NCBI GenBank assembly: GCA_976551045.1
Contig: CDPCPM010000120.1
Span: forward strand, 3,286,001 to 3,350,000
Reading direction: 5' to 3'
Length of the DNA: 64,000 nt
Source: Glaucostegus cemiculus
Lineage: Eukaryota
In this document: positions 51,572 to 64,000 of the stretch, piece by piece
How the letters are laid out: every line of letters begins with the position of its first letter
Position numbering within the stretch: position 1 is the first letter of the stretch
The notes under the pieces: generated by a model
What the model was told of the DNA's origin: nothing
What the model saw: only the letters and a program-made list of their open reading frames with translations
Databases searched by the model: none
Translations under genes and position numbers: made by a program

Positions 51572-51862
51572 GGAGTCAGAGAATCACAGAGCTATACAGC
51601 GCGGTAACAGGCCTCTTGACCCAAGTTGTCCACACTGAGCAAGTTGTCTGGCTGAGCTGGTCCCATCTGCCCGTGTTTGGCCCAAATCCCTCTAAACCTT
51701 CCCTATCCATGTACCAAGTGTCTTTAAAATGTCATAATTGTATCAATCTCTACCTCTGGCAGCTGGTTCCATGTCAGTACCACCCTTCCTGTGAATAATT
51801 TATCCCTCAGGTCCCTTTTAAGTCTTTTCCCTCTCACTTTAAACCTATGTCCTCTAGTTTTA
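51572..51862 (-). mobile_element. CR1/HER1 3' end
   Basis: cacagagctatacagcgcggtaacaggcc...ctctcactttaaacctatgtcctctagttt; homologous to 33395-33690. Confidence 0.85.
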
Positions 51863-52699
51863 GTATATATTTTATATTCTATTAGTTATCACTTCATCTC
51901 TTGGTGTCTTCATTCACTGAGCTCTTCACCACAAGCTGAACTTGATACCTTAGAAGTAACTAGTCCAAACATCAGTAAACCCTGTGGATCACTTCCCTTG
52001 GTGGGGTTAATGCAGGTCTGTCTTGCATCCTATTCTGCAGTTGTTGCTCCAGCGTTCCTGTTGTTAGTGCACTGTTTACAATATATTAGACTTTCTGGAT
52101 TACCATATTCTTTGTGTAACCTGTATGCACTTAATTATAAAGCTTTATGTTGACAAACTCCAATAAGTACAGTTGTTTTATTTATACGTTTTATTTGCTC
52201 CAGTATTAGATACCAGTAATCCAGCAGCAATCTCTATTTGAGTTGCTTCTGAATGCTCTCCAGTTTTATGCCTTGGCTTTCACATAACTTTGCACTCTGA
52301 CTCTGACTCTGACATGCTGTTGACATCAGACTGTTCCTCTTGAAAAACATAAACTGCAGGTGCTGGAAATCTGAAATAAAAACAGAGCAGTGGAAATAAA
52401 TCAATAGATTAGGCAGTATCTAAATGAGTCACTTTGCTGCCGGACCTTTCCCTTTTCTGCTGCTTTACTCTTTCCTCTATCCTGCTCTCCCTTTTGAAGT
52501 CACAATGTCACCTCTGCCACATGTCCCTTTTTGGATTATCTCCAAAGCTTTCACTTCTGACTTAACTATTTTCTCTCTGTTGTGTCACTCTCAGGCTGGC
52601 TGTATTGGGTTGATGTTAGTACATCCACGTTTGTGGTAACTTTTTTACAAAGCATATTCAATCTGGAATACGTGGTTTGCAGGTGTTGTGAAGGTTCGC

Positions 52700-55200
52700 C
52701 CAGCAGATCTTGGAGCTTGTCTGTACAAAACATAGTGATAGTGTAGGGCATAGTATAACTGAGGAAACTAATGGAGCGTGTAACATGGATAATACAACAC
52801 TGGACCAACCAAATTAGCTGTTTTGGTTATGGAGGACAAATTCATGGTGTGTAAAAGATGGCTTTCTTGTTTAGTATGTTGAGGAGCCAGCAAGGAAACA
52901 GGGTACTTTAGATATAATATTGTGCAACAAATATATGATCTGATAATCGTGCCATTAGAAAAGAGTGATGGAACTTTATATATCCACTGAAAATGATTTT
53001 GCTCATGCTAAAACCAGAGTCTAATAAAACTAATCAAAGCAAACTACAAGTGTATGAAGTTTGTTTTGGCAATTGTATATTGGGAAGCTACTTTAATAGA
53101 CTTGACAGAAAACAAGCAAGAGCTAAAATTTAGAGAACTAATACACAGTTTACATCAAATATATATATAATTAAGGTACAAAAACCCAACAGGGAAAATG
53201 ATCTCAACTTAGCTAGCAAGAAGAGTTAAAGACGGTATGAGATTGAATGTTGCCAAAAATGAATAGCAAATTTGAAGACTGGGAAGATTTCAAATTTCAG
53301 CAGAGGATCAAGACATTGATAAGGATAGGGATGACAGGAGAGTAATGTAGTGGGAAACATAAATGCAAACTATAAAAGCATATATTAATATGTTAAAAGT
53401 AAAAGATTAACATTTAATGTGGGTCCATTACAGACTGAGTTAAGGAAATGGCAGAGAAATTAAACAAATACTTTGTCTTTCTTCACAGAAAGAGATACAG
53501 AAAATTTCTCATTAACAATGGACAACACATCCAGACTAAGTGAGAGGCTGGAAGATGCTAGTAAAAGTTTTTTTTAAAAATGGAGAAATTAGTGGGGTTG
53601 AAAGCCAACAAATTGCCAGGAGCTGAAGGCTGGTTTCCTAAGGTTTTGAAAGGGGTGGTAATGGGGATAGTGGGTGCACTTCCAAAATTTCATTATATCT
53701 AGGTGGTACCCATAGGTTGCAAGGTAGCACATGTAACCCCACTCTTGAAGAAAGCAGCAAGAGAGAAGAAAAGGAACTGCAGGTTAGTCAGGCTGTTAGT
53801 GGTCAGAATCAGGTTTATATATCGTGAAATTATTGTTTTGCAGTAGCAGTACAGTAGTTAATGGAATAGTACAGTGGTAGGGGAAATACTAGAATCTATT
53901 ACTAATGCTGAAAGGGTATTTAGAAAATAATAATAGGATTGGGCGGAGTGAACATGGATTTGTGAAAGTAAAGTCTTTTAGTTTATTGAAGTTGTAAACA
54001 GCAGAATAGATAGGACAGAGACAGTGGATATGGTGTGTTTGGACTTTCAAAGGCTTTTATCAAGATGCTAAACAAGAAGTTATTCAGCAAAGTCAGAGCA
54101 TGAGGGATTGGAATAATTTGCTGCTCTGAACTGGGGATTGGCCAGTGCTCAGAGAACAGAGAGTAGAAATAAATGAGTTATTTTTAGGTTGAGAGGCTGT
54201 GACTAGTGAGATGACACAGGGACCAGTTATTCGTAATCCATATCACTGATTTGAATGTGGAAACTAAATCTAAAGTATGCAAGTTTGGTGCTACAAAGTT
54301 GGAAGTCACTACAATTTGTGAGAAGGATATAGAAAAAATAGCATTTGCAGATGGAATATAATGTAGAAAAATGTGAGGTGATCTATTTTGGTGGCAAAAA
54401 TAGGAAAGCAGAGTATTTTTTAAATGGTGAAAGTTTAAGGGTGGTTGTGTTCAGGTGGATCTGAGTGGCCCTGTGCACAAATCATTGAAAGTTAATGCAT
54501 AGGTGCTGCAAGCAATTAGGCAGGCAAATGGTAAGTTGGCCTTTATTACTTGAGGATTTCAGTACAAGAGGAAGGACGTCCTATTGCAATTATATAGGGA
54601 CATTGTGAGACTGCACCTAGAGTATTATGCACAGGTCTAGTCTCCTTACATTAGGAAAGATGCATTACCTCAAGAGCAAGTGTAACATAAGTTCACCAGG
54701 TTGATTCCTGGGATGTGGGGCTTGTCTTATGAGAAGAGATTAAGTAGGCTGAGCCTATATTCTTTGAGTTTAGAAGAATGAAAGGTGATCTCATTGAATC
54801 ATTCAAAAATCTGATGGGGCTTGACAGGCTAGTCACAAGGATGATATTTCCCCTGGCTGGGATGTCTAGTTGGGGGTCACAGTTTCCAAACAGGGGTCAG
54901 CCATCCAAGGTGAGATGAGAACTCTTCACCCAAAGGGTAAGTGCATTTTCGGACCTCTCGTCTCACCTTGGAAGGCTGACCCCTGTTTGGAGTCTGTGAC
55001 CCCCAAATTGTGGGCTGTTATTGTGGACAGTCCCCAAATTGTGGATTGATAGATTTTTGGATATTAAAGGAGTCAAAGAAAATGGGGTTAGTGCAAGAAA
55101 GTGGAGCCGAAGTATAAGATCAGCCATAATCTTACTGACTAGTGGAGCAGGCATGAGTGTCTGACCGGTGATTCTCCTGCTTCTATTTCTTATGTTCTCC
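52700..55200 (+). mobile_element. CR1 LINE ORF2 remnant (endonuclease end through 3' tail)
   Basis: EEPARKQGTLDIILCN, HVTPLLKK, DMVCLDFQ, WNIM/EKCEVIYFG, RLHLEYYAQ motifs; 3' tail cagccataatc..ggagcagg..ctcctgcttctatttcttatgttc. Confidence 0.88.
53804..53872 (-). mobile_element. Short antisense retroposon 3' fragment inserted in CR1
   Basis: cagaatcaggtttat...gtgaaattattgttttgcagtagcagtacagt flanked by direct repeat agtggt (53798-53803 and 53873-53878). Confidence 0.6.
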
Positions 55201-56459
55201 TCTGTTTCTGTAGTTGAATTGTTTTTCTCTCTGTCCTGGTACTTTTCTGTCATCATTATGCAATATCTATTTCGACTGCTGATCAACAGTGTTTACCCAG
55301 CCCTTATCATCTGACATCTGAACAGTCAGCATAGCACTTTCAAACAACACCTACAATATGCTCTTTATCTGTGAATGTGTGTTCTTTGTTAATATTATAC
55401 ACTCACATTGCAAACCCACATCTGGAGATACTGTATTCCATTAACTACTGTGCTTTTCTGAAAATCTCTCAGGCTATTCTCTCTGTATCCTTCTCACATC
55501 CTGTAGTGACATCCAGCTTTGTGTCACCAAACTTGCATAGTTGGGAACTATGTTAATAGAGCAGTAGCGTTTTTTGCTTGCTGGAAGTCAGTGATTTGCA
55601 AAGTAAATGGTACTAAGGGTATGTAAGATATTGGCTTTAAACCCTTATGATCACGAGCTAATTACTCCAAGGCAGAAGATGAATACAGAAAAGGGGAGAG
55701 TAGTGGAAAAGAAAATCGGCCATGCGCAAGGTGAGAGAGTTGTCTGTTTGCTTTCCCCTGAGGTTGCAAGATGGGTAATGACATCCCCAGACTGTTGACA
55801 CTCAGAAGGCCTTGCCTGAGATGTATTTTGAGTTCCTTTGGCTTTAAAGTGAGATACTTCGCTGAAAAAAAGATTGAAATGAGCAAGATCCTGTATCCTA
55901 ATTCTGTGTACATCACTATTCTTGAGAGGTGCAGCATAATTGGTACTGCTGCAATGCCTATTTCGGACAGCTATGTGTAACTGGCTGTGTCCAGCATGCA
56001 CAAGGTTTATGCAATCCAAAGATTCTTCTTTATAGTCACTTAAACAGGGACAAAATGCAAAACCTCACTCAAAACTAACCTGGATCCTGTCGCATTGACA
56101 ATAGGACACGGACAATAACCGGAGGAGACAGAGCTACCTGGTGCACAACTTTGAACATTATGGGTGGGAGTCAAAGGAAACAGTGTGGTATTAATACTTG
56201 CAAATACACCAGTGGACTGTGTGTAGCTGCACATAAGGATCCTAGACCCTGGCCTTGTATCAGGCAGGTATTTACAAATTAATGAGATCTGTATGGCTTA
56301 ATCAATGATCAATAGCTTACTATAAGGCTTTGTCTTTGTAGGCCAGGAACATACAGCTTATATAATGTTTAACTTGTCTTTGAAGTTGCTGATACTAAAA
56401 GATGTTGGTGTGGTTTCCAAAACCCTGGGCCCTAAATTTTTAAGAGCAATTCATTGAAT

Positions 56460-56700
56460 TAGCACCTTTGATGCAGTAACTCACCCCAGGCTGCTTCACA
56501 GGAGCACCACAAGAAATTGTAACATCACTAAAGAAGTATACATTAAGATAAGTGACTCAAACTTCCTCAGAGATATAGGTTTTTGAGAAAAGGGAGTATG
56601 CTGTGGGGAGGGAGAGCAGAGCAAACCAGTGAATGAGATGTATTGTAGAAATTCAGAGTAAATTACTTAGCCTTTGAAAGCAGGATAGCTGGCCCTTGGG
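56460..56700 (-). mobile_element. L2-type LINE 3' end
   Basis: gcaccttt...gcttcacaggagc...agggagagcagag is complementary to the L2 tails at 185-320 and 1600-1770. Confidence 0.5.
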
Positions 56701-57825
56701 GCTTTCAGTGACCCTGGAAATACAAATTGGATACCTCTGTTTTGTACAACTGTTTTTGCTATTTTATAATCATCCTACCTCCTACTATCAATCACCTTTT
56801 GCTTTATAAAAAACAAATTTTTGTTTTGAGTTTCAAGCTGTATGTGAGACATGTCACATTCTGTGAATTGTGTGTAGCTAAACTTCAGGCATTTTGCTAT
56901 ATCCTAAATTGACAGAAAGCATAAGAAGACAAAATCTAGGATGTGCAAAGTAAATTGAATAATTTCTTGGGAAAACATAGTCAAACTTGCTCCACTGATC
57001 ACAGTTCCTTCAACTATAAAGATGAGTGGACTGGGTCCACCTGGTTAACCCCATACAGGAAAATATCAATTAATCTTCTTCAGTAGAACTGAAGCATGAG
57101 TAATCCTCTCATTAAATTGTTTGACCCATTCTCTAAGTAAACAAAAGAGTAGAGAAAAACTGATTTGTCTTTCCTTGTTTTCATGGCGAATCTTCAAGAG
57201 GCTTAAGTACAAGCCCTGGACACTGTCAGTTCTTTCAGTCAATGGTCACTAATGACTGATTCAAGGCAAATGCAATTAAGACAGATAATTGGCACTAAGA
57301 GGCCTATTGTTAATGTGCAGATGCATGTATTTCTAAGAGTGTAAACGTATCTTTATCTTTGGGAACCATCTTAGCAATTAGCTTTTTGGGAAGTCAGTGA
57401 TGGAAATGAAAAGTTAAAGGCTCTGTCTGAACCTTAAGTCAATCCAATTTATTATATCATTGAATATAATGAGAAAGTCAGTGACAGACAGAGAAGTAAG
57501 TATGCACTTTGAAGTTATTTTTGACCTCCATATATCTTAAGAAGATGAAATTTGCTTGGACACTTTTTGAGGCCTAGAATTGGCTCAACACAAACCAATA
57601 GACTAGGCTAATAGTTTCTGGGAATGACATTTTAGAACAATTCTTGAAGATTCCAAGCAGAAGTTGCTTCTCAAAACTATGCCTCTGATTGCTAATTGCG
57701 ACAAATATTTAGTCTCTCACCCCACAACCCAAGGCATAAAATAAAGGCAATGAGGGGCACCTTCAGGCATTCCACCCAGTGGTCAGACTCATCTGCCTAT
57801 AATTCTCTCTTTCTCTCTCTGGCTA

Positions 57826-57957
57826 NNNNNNNNNNNNNNNNNNNNNNNNNNNNNNNNNNNNNNNNNNNNNNNNNNNNNNNNNNNNNNNNNNNNNNNNNNN
57901 NNNNNNNNNNNNNNNNNNNNNNNNNNNNNNNNNNNNNNNNNNNNNNNNNNNNNNNNN
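57826..57957. other. N block (132 nt): assembly gap or masked feature
   Basis: Run of 132 N. Confidence 0.95.
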
Positions 57958-59929
57958 ATTTTATTGCAGTTGGATGTTGTCAGGGGTGGTAGAATTTCAT
58001 CATCTTTAACATCATAGCAAGACAGTGAGACAGAAATTTAATGAGATCAGGAAGTCCAGCAAAGTCTGGTGGCAATCACTATCCGCCTGTGTTATTTTAC
58101 TCACCCCTACAGGACATCATCCACTATATCAAAACGTTATCTCATCACTAAGGTCTGCTTTATTCTGTACCATAGTCTTCCTTTGACACCAGAACCACAC
58201 TTCAGATAGGCCAAAAAAGGGGGCATTTAATGAACCAGTCATCTGACAACACATCAACACAATGGCCTGAGTCAACAACAAATGTACCCACTTTATGAAA
58301 GAAGCCCCATGCTGTGTCACTGAGCTCTCTGGAACTGACATGAACTGGATTACTCACTGAACCTTTGGACTCCAGTGCACGCCAGTAGATAATTGTGGCA
58401 TATTAATTATGCCAAAGAATTTATTATTTGAAATTAAACCTCATGGAAGTAGCTTTGTTCCACAATGAGTCTCGTGAATCGTGAATCCAAACAGCAAATC
58501 TGTGTGTGGATCTTTTTAGGGTGTATTTTCAACACTCCAAATTGTGTATGGGGGGGGGTGGGATAAGGAGATGAAGAGAGGGGAAGGGTAGGGCTTATGC
58601 AAATAAAATAGGTAAATTTATCCATATTCTAGTTTATATGAAGGCTCAGAGATGAATCAAATACAATCTCAAAAGAATCAGATAAATGTACTCAGTTTGG
58701 ATTTATTTTAAACATTTCCTTAATTTGATTAAGTAAACTTTGTCTCAGAAGAACCAGATAGTATGGTGGAATTGATTCTATGCTTTACTTCTAGGTGATT
58801 TCCAGCCCAGGTAATGGGATGAAAGTCTGCGCTGTCCACTCATTGTAAGTATTTGATGCAACATAAGTTTGAATGAATTCAATCCAGTTCCAAGCCAGCA
58901 TAGGCTATCAGCAGAAAATAACCCTAAGTCACCAATGATAGTTGATTTTATGGTTCCTAGAAATGAGGCATTTTTAGTGATTAGGCTGAGGCGTGAGCTA
59001 AGAGAGCTTTAAAGTGGCATGGAATCTTCTAGTTAATCATGTGTGTTCCATCAGCAAAATCTCAGCACAAAGTGCTGCGTTTATCCAAATTACAATTATT
59101 CGACCTCCACTAGTATCTCTGGAATTGGCCTTTTGCAAGAATAAAAGAGCTCACGAAAGGAAAGTTTTCACCCTCACTATCCAGGTATGAATTCACTCTG
59201 TGTGATTAGAAGAACCTCCTGATGGCAGTCCTAAATTCATCTTGCACTGGTTTAAACTTTACGTCCCGTAATCCTTCCCTAGGGTAATTTTCTGAATTAA
59301 TCTTATATGTAGGACCTGCAATCTGTGCTCCTGTACAAAAATATTTAGCAGATCCTTTCTTTCAGGATTGGCATGTCCAAGATTTCCCACGTGATCTGAA
59401 CATTTAACAAAAGTGATTAACCTCATGGCTCTTCGCTGCCCCTTCCATTCATGCACATTTGCAGCACAATTCACAGTGCCCACCATGTGAGGAAGGATGA
59501 TAGCTGGTGTAATGCTCATGAACATCAAATGTTTAAGACCGATTTAATACCAAAGTTGCCAACTGGACAACAAATCATGCCTTTAATGGTGTGATCACTA
59601 TACAGAGAAAGCCCAGGGTTAGCAGCAGGGAGGAACCGCCAACCTGTGCTATTTGCTGAAATCAATAGTTCCTTGGTTTATCCATATTTCAGCTTTCCAG
59701 CATCTGTGGGTTTTTGTTTTTCACCTTGTTTGTCCACTTGTGTTACTGATTGAATTATAGAGGACTGGTTTTTGCAAATTATTATGGGTTAGATTTTTTT
59801 GGGCAGATTGTATGGCACAATTTTCTGATCTAATTTAAATAATTTTGCAGTTCAGCAAAGCAGTGTTTCTTCCAAACACTGGTGCTCTGGTGAAAATTCC
59901 ACTTGGAGCAAAGGAAGATCAGTGAATGA

Positions 59930-60130
59930 GGAGTGGGGTCGCAAAATAAGGCAAAACTGTCAGCAGGAAGCTCGGGAGAAGGCCCTGTCCAGCAAGGTGG
60001 TCAGGGAGTACTTCTCCTGTATGTATTTCAGTGAGACTTTGCTCCACTAGGAGGATTGACGGAGCTGTCACCATGCTGCTCCATAACTGTAGCCATAAAG
60101 CAGGACGTAACAGCACTGCCAATTGCAGAG
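59930..60130 (+). mobile_element. PIF/Harbinger transposase N-terminal remnant
   Basis: GRRPCPAR/REYFSCMYFSE...TEL...TALPIAE resembles RRPYPPRVFREHFSYL.LSE...TALPVA. Confidence 0.5.
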
Positions 60131-62279
60131 TCAGTATATATCATATCCCTTGGGAATAGTTTAACCATTCTTTTGAACTTTTATAACTTGTCTTAGCTTT
60201 TCAAGGTATATCAACCCAATGAATTTTGATTAGGTGAAATCTTCCCAAGAAGAGCACATTACATTTGTCTCTGTTTATAAATACATGGAGGAAGTAATCT
60301 TGAAAAGTTAGTTTAATTGAAGGACATAATCTATGGAAAACCTTTCTTGCCAAGTCTTGGCAAAATATGCTGTGAAATCAAGTTTATGGGAAAATATAGC
60401 ATTAAACTCTAAAATGAAAATGAATCATTAAACTACTTGGGTTAGATTAATTGACAATAAGAAGAGAATCTAAAAGTACACAAACAGTATTCAAAGTGTG
60501 ATCTGTCCCTGGCTGAGAAATAGATGTGGTAATCTGTTTAGAGGCTGACACAAAACATGCCTTCTGCTAAAAATTGTCCTGCAGTAACTAGGCCTTTCAT
60601 TTTAACTTTTTTCTTGTGGAAAAAAGACATGTTAAGTCTAATGGGAGGGCTCCATTGTAGCACAGCAAAGTGACATATGTCCAGACTTAAGCCTGCCCTG
60701 CTACGAGTGAGACAGCATGTGGGAATACTGTTTGTGTACTTTTAGATTCTCTTCTTATTGTCACTTGATTGCTTGATGTTTTACTACTTTTGTGCATTAA
60801 TTGTTTCCTAGTCAATCTTTCATTCTTGTCAGTACATCTTTTTCATTTTTTGTGAATAAACACTGTGATGTTTATGATTTGTAGTTTTTTTAAAGGTAAC
60901 AAATGTAATGAAATATTATCAATTAAGGTTAGACCTTCAATTAAATGTTTGTTGATTTTTTGGACTTACTATCCATAATTTCAGGCTCTTTTAAGTGCAT
61001 TTCTTGCATTTTTGATTCATACTCCTTTCTGTTTTATTGCATTGTCCTAACAAACTAGCATCTAATGCATGCAAGCCTGTGATGGAGAGTGGAATGGGAA
61101 GTAGGATAAAAGGGGCGTAACCATGTCCCATGGAGTCAGGAATTTATAACCAGTCATTAAGTAGATTTGTGTGAGCTCCCATCTTTCCTTGTGACTTTTC
61201 AGGAGCATTCGTCAGTTTACTTCCTGGCTCTAAAGGCCAAATTCCCAGTTTTGTTTTACACATCCCTCCCAGCACAGATTGCTCATCCCCTGCTGATAGA
61301 GGGTATTCAGATTGGAGCTCCTGCAGGAAATACATGTACCATCTACCATAAACCACCAAAATGCACCTGGGTCCGTTCATTGTACATCTTTGTATCAGCT
61401 TAAAAATAAATGCCCCTTAATTATTATTTATTTACTTACATTGCTGCTTATGGTTTTTACATTCACCACCTGAGCCCTTCTCCTTGTCTTAATGTCTCTC
61501 CCTCAAAATAATATCTTCATCAAGAAACTCCATTCTTTTTATGATTTGCTACCAGTACGTAATAGATCTATAATGCTAAAATGATTTCTGAACAAGAAAT
61601 ACTTAATGGATGTTCGGCTTTTGAATATAAATGTGCTGTGCTTTGAGCATAGATACAGAGTGAGATGCCACATAGATCATAAAGGCCCCAAGTCTGACTT
61701 TGGGTCTGTGATGAATTTGTTAAGACATCAATGTTCTTTAATATGTCTTCTGTTTTTCCAGTGCTCTGGTAACATTTACATGGAATTCAACAGATTTTTG
61801 ACCTTTGCAAAACTTTAGCATCTTTATAATCACACAGCTTTTCACCATTAAAAATAACCTGTAAAGGCAAATGGCAGGATGACATTTAGGTACAGCAGTT
61901 TCAATGGAATTGAACGATCTTTCTCTTGGGCACTATGTATACCTGTTTAGCAATCTTAGATTTGAACAAACTCCATCATTTTCTGCAGCCGGCTAGTTAC
62001 TTCTCCCTTTTTGACTGTTGGCAAATCTGCTGTGTATTTCCAACATATTAATTTCAGATTTCCTGCCTTTTTAAAAAAATTCTCTTAACTTCTTTCTTTT
62101 GTTTTATCTTCAGTGACTTCCAGCCAAATTGCATAACAATTGCCAGAGCTCTTTTTGCTTTTTTAATGAATTGCTAGCCTAATTTTTTTATGCATTGCTC
62201 ACCAGCTTTCAACTACAACTGCTTTTACCAAAATCAGGTTGATAATGGGACATATCAAACGCAAATAAACTCCAGATAC

Positions 62280-62700
62280 GGAGGGGTGCATTGAAATAGA
62301 TACTGCACTGAAGGGTGGGGAATGCAAGGTTGCTCTTTGGAGATCAGAGGGAACTGGTGAAGAACAGGAGACTGGTTCTTTCTGTGAGAGGGCCATTGCA
62401 GCCAGCCACTTCTCAGCAGAGCTTGTAGAGATCTCTGAATTGCCACCTCTGAATGCCTGCACTCTGCCTACTCTCATAGGCTAAAGGAGAAGAAGACGAA
62501 GATTCCTCTCCTTGAGCTGGGGTTTTGAGTGAACTTGCTATTGCAGAGTGAGATGTGGCACAGATCATCAGCCTGAAATGATCCTGGTGCAAGGAAAGAG
62601 AGAGTGACTGACCCTGGCTTCCATAGGCAAAACAGTTCAGGCACCTGAGCCTGTGAGGACATAGGACATTACAGATCTCTGTGCAGGCAGTAAAAGCAGT
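62280..62700 (-). mobile_element. PIF/Harbinger transposase remnant
   Basis: TEICNVL, then SVTLSFLAPGSFQADDLCHIS (ORF 62474-62662), then AFPTLQCSI; resembles ALNFFASGSFQ..GDLCGIS...GFP.VQGAID. Confidence 0.6.
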
Positions 62701-64000
62701 TATGTGTCAGCCCTTCTATTGTTTCAGGGGATAGCAGGTTAGCAAAAACAGGTTGCTGTGTGGGTGAATAAGAACAATTGTTTAAAACACCAGTGAGACT
62801 GAAAATCTTAGTGCTGAAACAAAGTGCTGGAGCGAATGAATATCCCACTGAGAAATGAAAAGATTGTTGTCCTGATGGGTGTGAAAGTGCCCAGAAATGT
62901 ACACAAGGTTGTTCTCCTTCAGTTTTACTCCATGTTCAACAGGACAGCACTTTTGCTTTTGTCTTTTGGGATTATATAATAAATTTCAAGCCCTTCTGTC
63001 TTCCAACATTTTTGATTATATTCTTGCCTTGTATTTGTCTTTGGTGAAATGGAACTTCTCTGATTTTTTTTCCTTGATGCCAACATCTCTTGTCCAGTCA
63101 CAGAGAAGCTTGTATTCTAATTACAATATTCTGACTAGGCTGCAGATCATATTAACATCAGTAATTGTTTGTGCCTGATGTAAGTGATTTCCTCCAGAGA
63201 GCCAAGCTCTATTTCAACATCAGATGGATCATTAACAACACATCCAACAGCTGTATGCATTGTCATATTGAAAAGGGGATGAAGTTCAATGAAAGGTGGT
63301 TGCAGGAAATGTACTGATTACACAGCTGAGCACTGTGAGTTGAGTGAAATGTCAAAAAGTTGGTGTTATGGAGCAAAATTGCTATTCAAGAACTGAATAG
63401 GTAGATGTTAACATGAGAGTCCATTAACTTGAGAGACATACCTCACCCATTTATGTGGAGACACTTGAAGGGTATCAGGCTACAACTTACTTTGCTACCA
63501 AGGCTGTAACTTAGGATTTTAATTTTTCAATGTCTATAACATTAAAGGCCCTAATAACGTATACATTTTCCTGTTGACTCAGATGTTCACAGGGCTTCAA
63601 GACTAGAGTTGGGGCAGATTTTAAAAAATGATATTTGGAGCCTGAGAGTGTATCAGGGTACACCAGCCTGTTCCCATTGGAAGAGGCCAGACTGTGCAGA
63701 GGAGATGGTCAACTGTGGTGGGAAGAAAAGGCCTATGGTGAGCCCCTCTTCCTAAACAGTGTCTCTCCCATGGAACAGCTGAGCAAATCCAAAAGTAAAG
63801 CTCCCTCGTGGATTCAGAATACAGATACCCTACTTTGTTGACAGCACCCCAGAATTATTCCTGAAAGGGAACTTAAGAGGAGAGAATATGTGTCAAGTGA
63901 TGGGTGTAGTTATAGATGTGGCTGATGTAAATCTAAAATATAATTCCTCCCTCATTAGCATTATTTTTGCTTCATAAACGAATCGTACTGAGGAATAAAG

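Noticed and set aside
60347-60363. Palindrome ttgccaag-t-cttggcaa with NFI-like half-sites
   Set aside because: Half-sites are in the wrong orientation and spacing for NFI, and an 8-bp arm is expected by chance in 64 kb

Overview
AT-rich, CpG-poor eukaryotic non-coding DNA. The repeat content points to a cartilaginous fish, probably a ray or sawfish (inference): CR1/HER1-type LINEs, HE1/V-domain tRNA SINEs, DeuSINE/SacSINE1-like SINEs, Penelope-like elements, RTE, L2 and degraded PIF/Harbinger transposons. I cannot support any intact protein-coding gene. The ORFs in the track that I can recognise are fragments of decayed transposons, and the rest look like chance ORFs. The window reads as a large intron or gene desert made of nested transposon fossils, with several unique, motif-rich blocks that may be conserved non-coding elements. 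Main points worth follow-up: (1) two N blocks of exactly 132 nt, one inside a putative minus-strand exon and closed by a complementary basal stem; (2) many Harbinger transposase and Myb remnants; (3) a tRNA-like head joined to a LINE endonuclease ORF; (4) Penelope-derived palindromes and a decayed hammerhead ribozyme; (5) SINE tail swapping; (6) several local fold-back inverted duplications. Family assignments come from motif recognition by eye, not database searches, and element boundaries are approximate. I did not find a demonstrably novel system.
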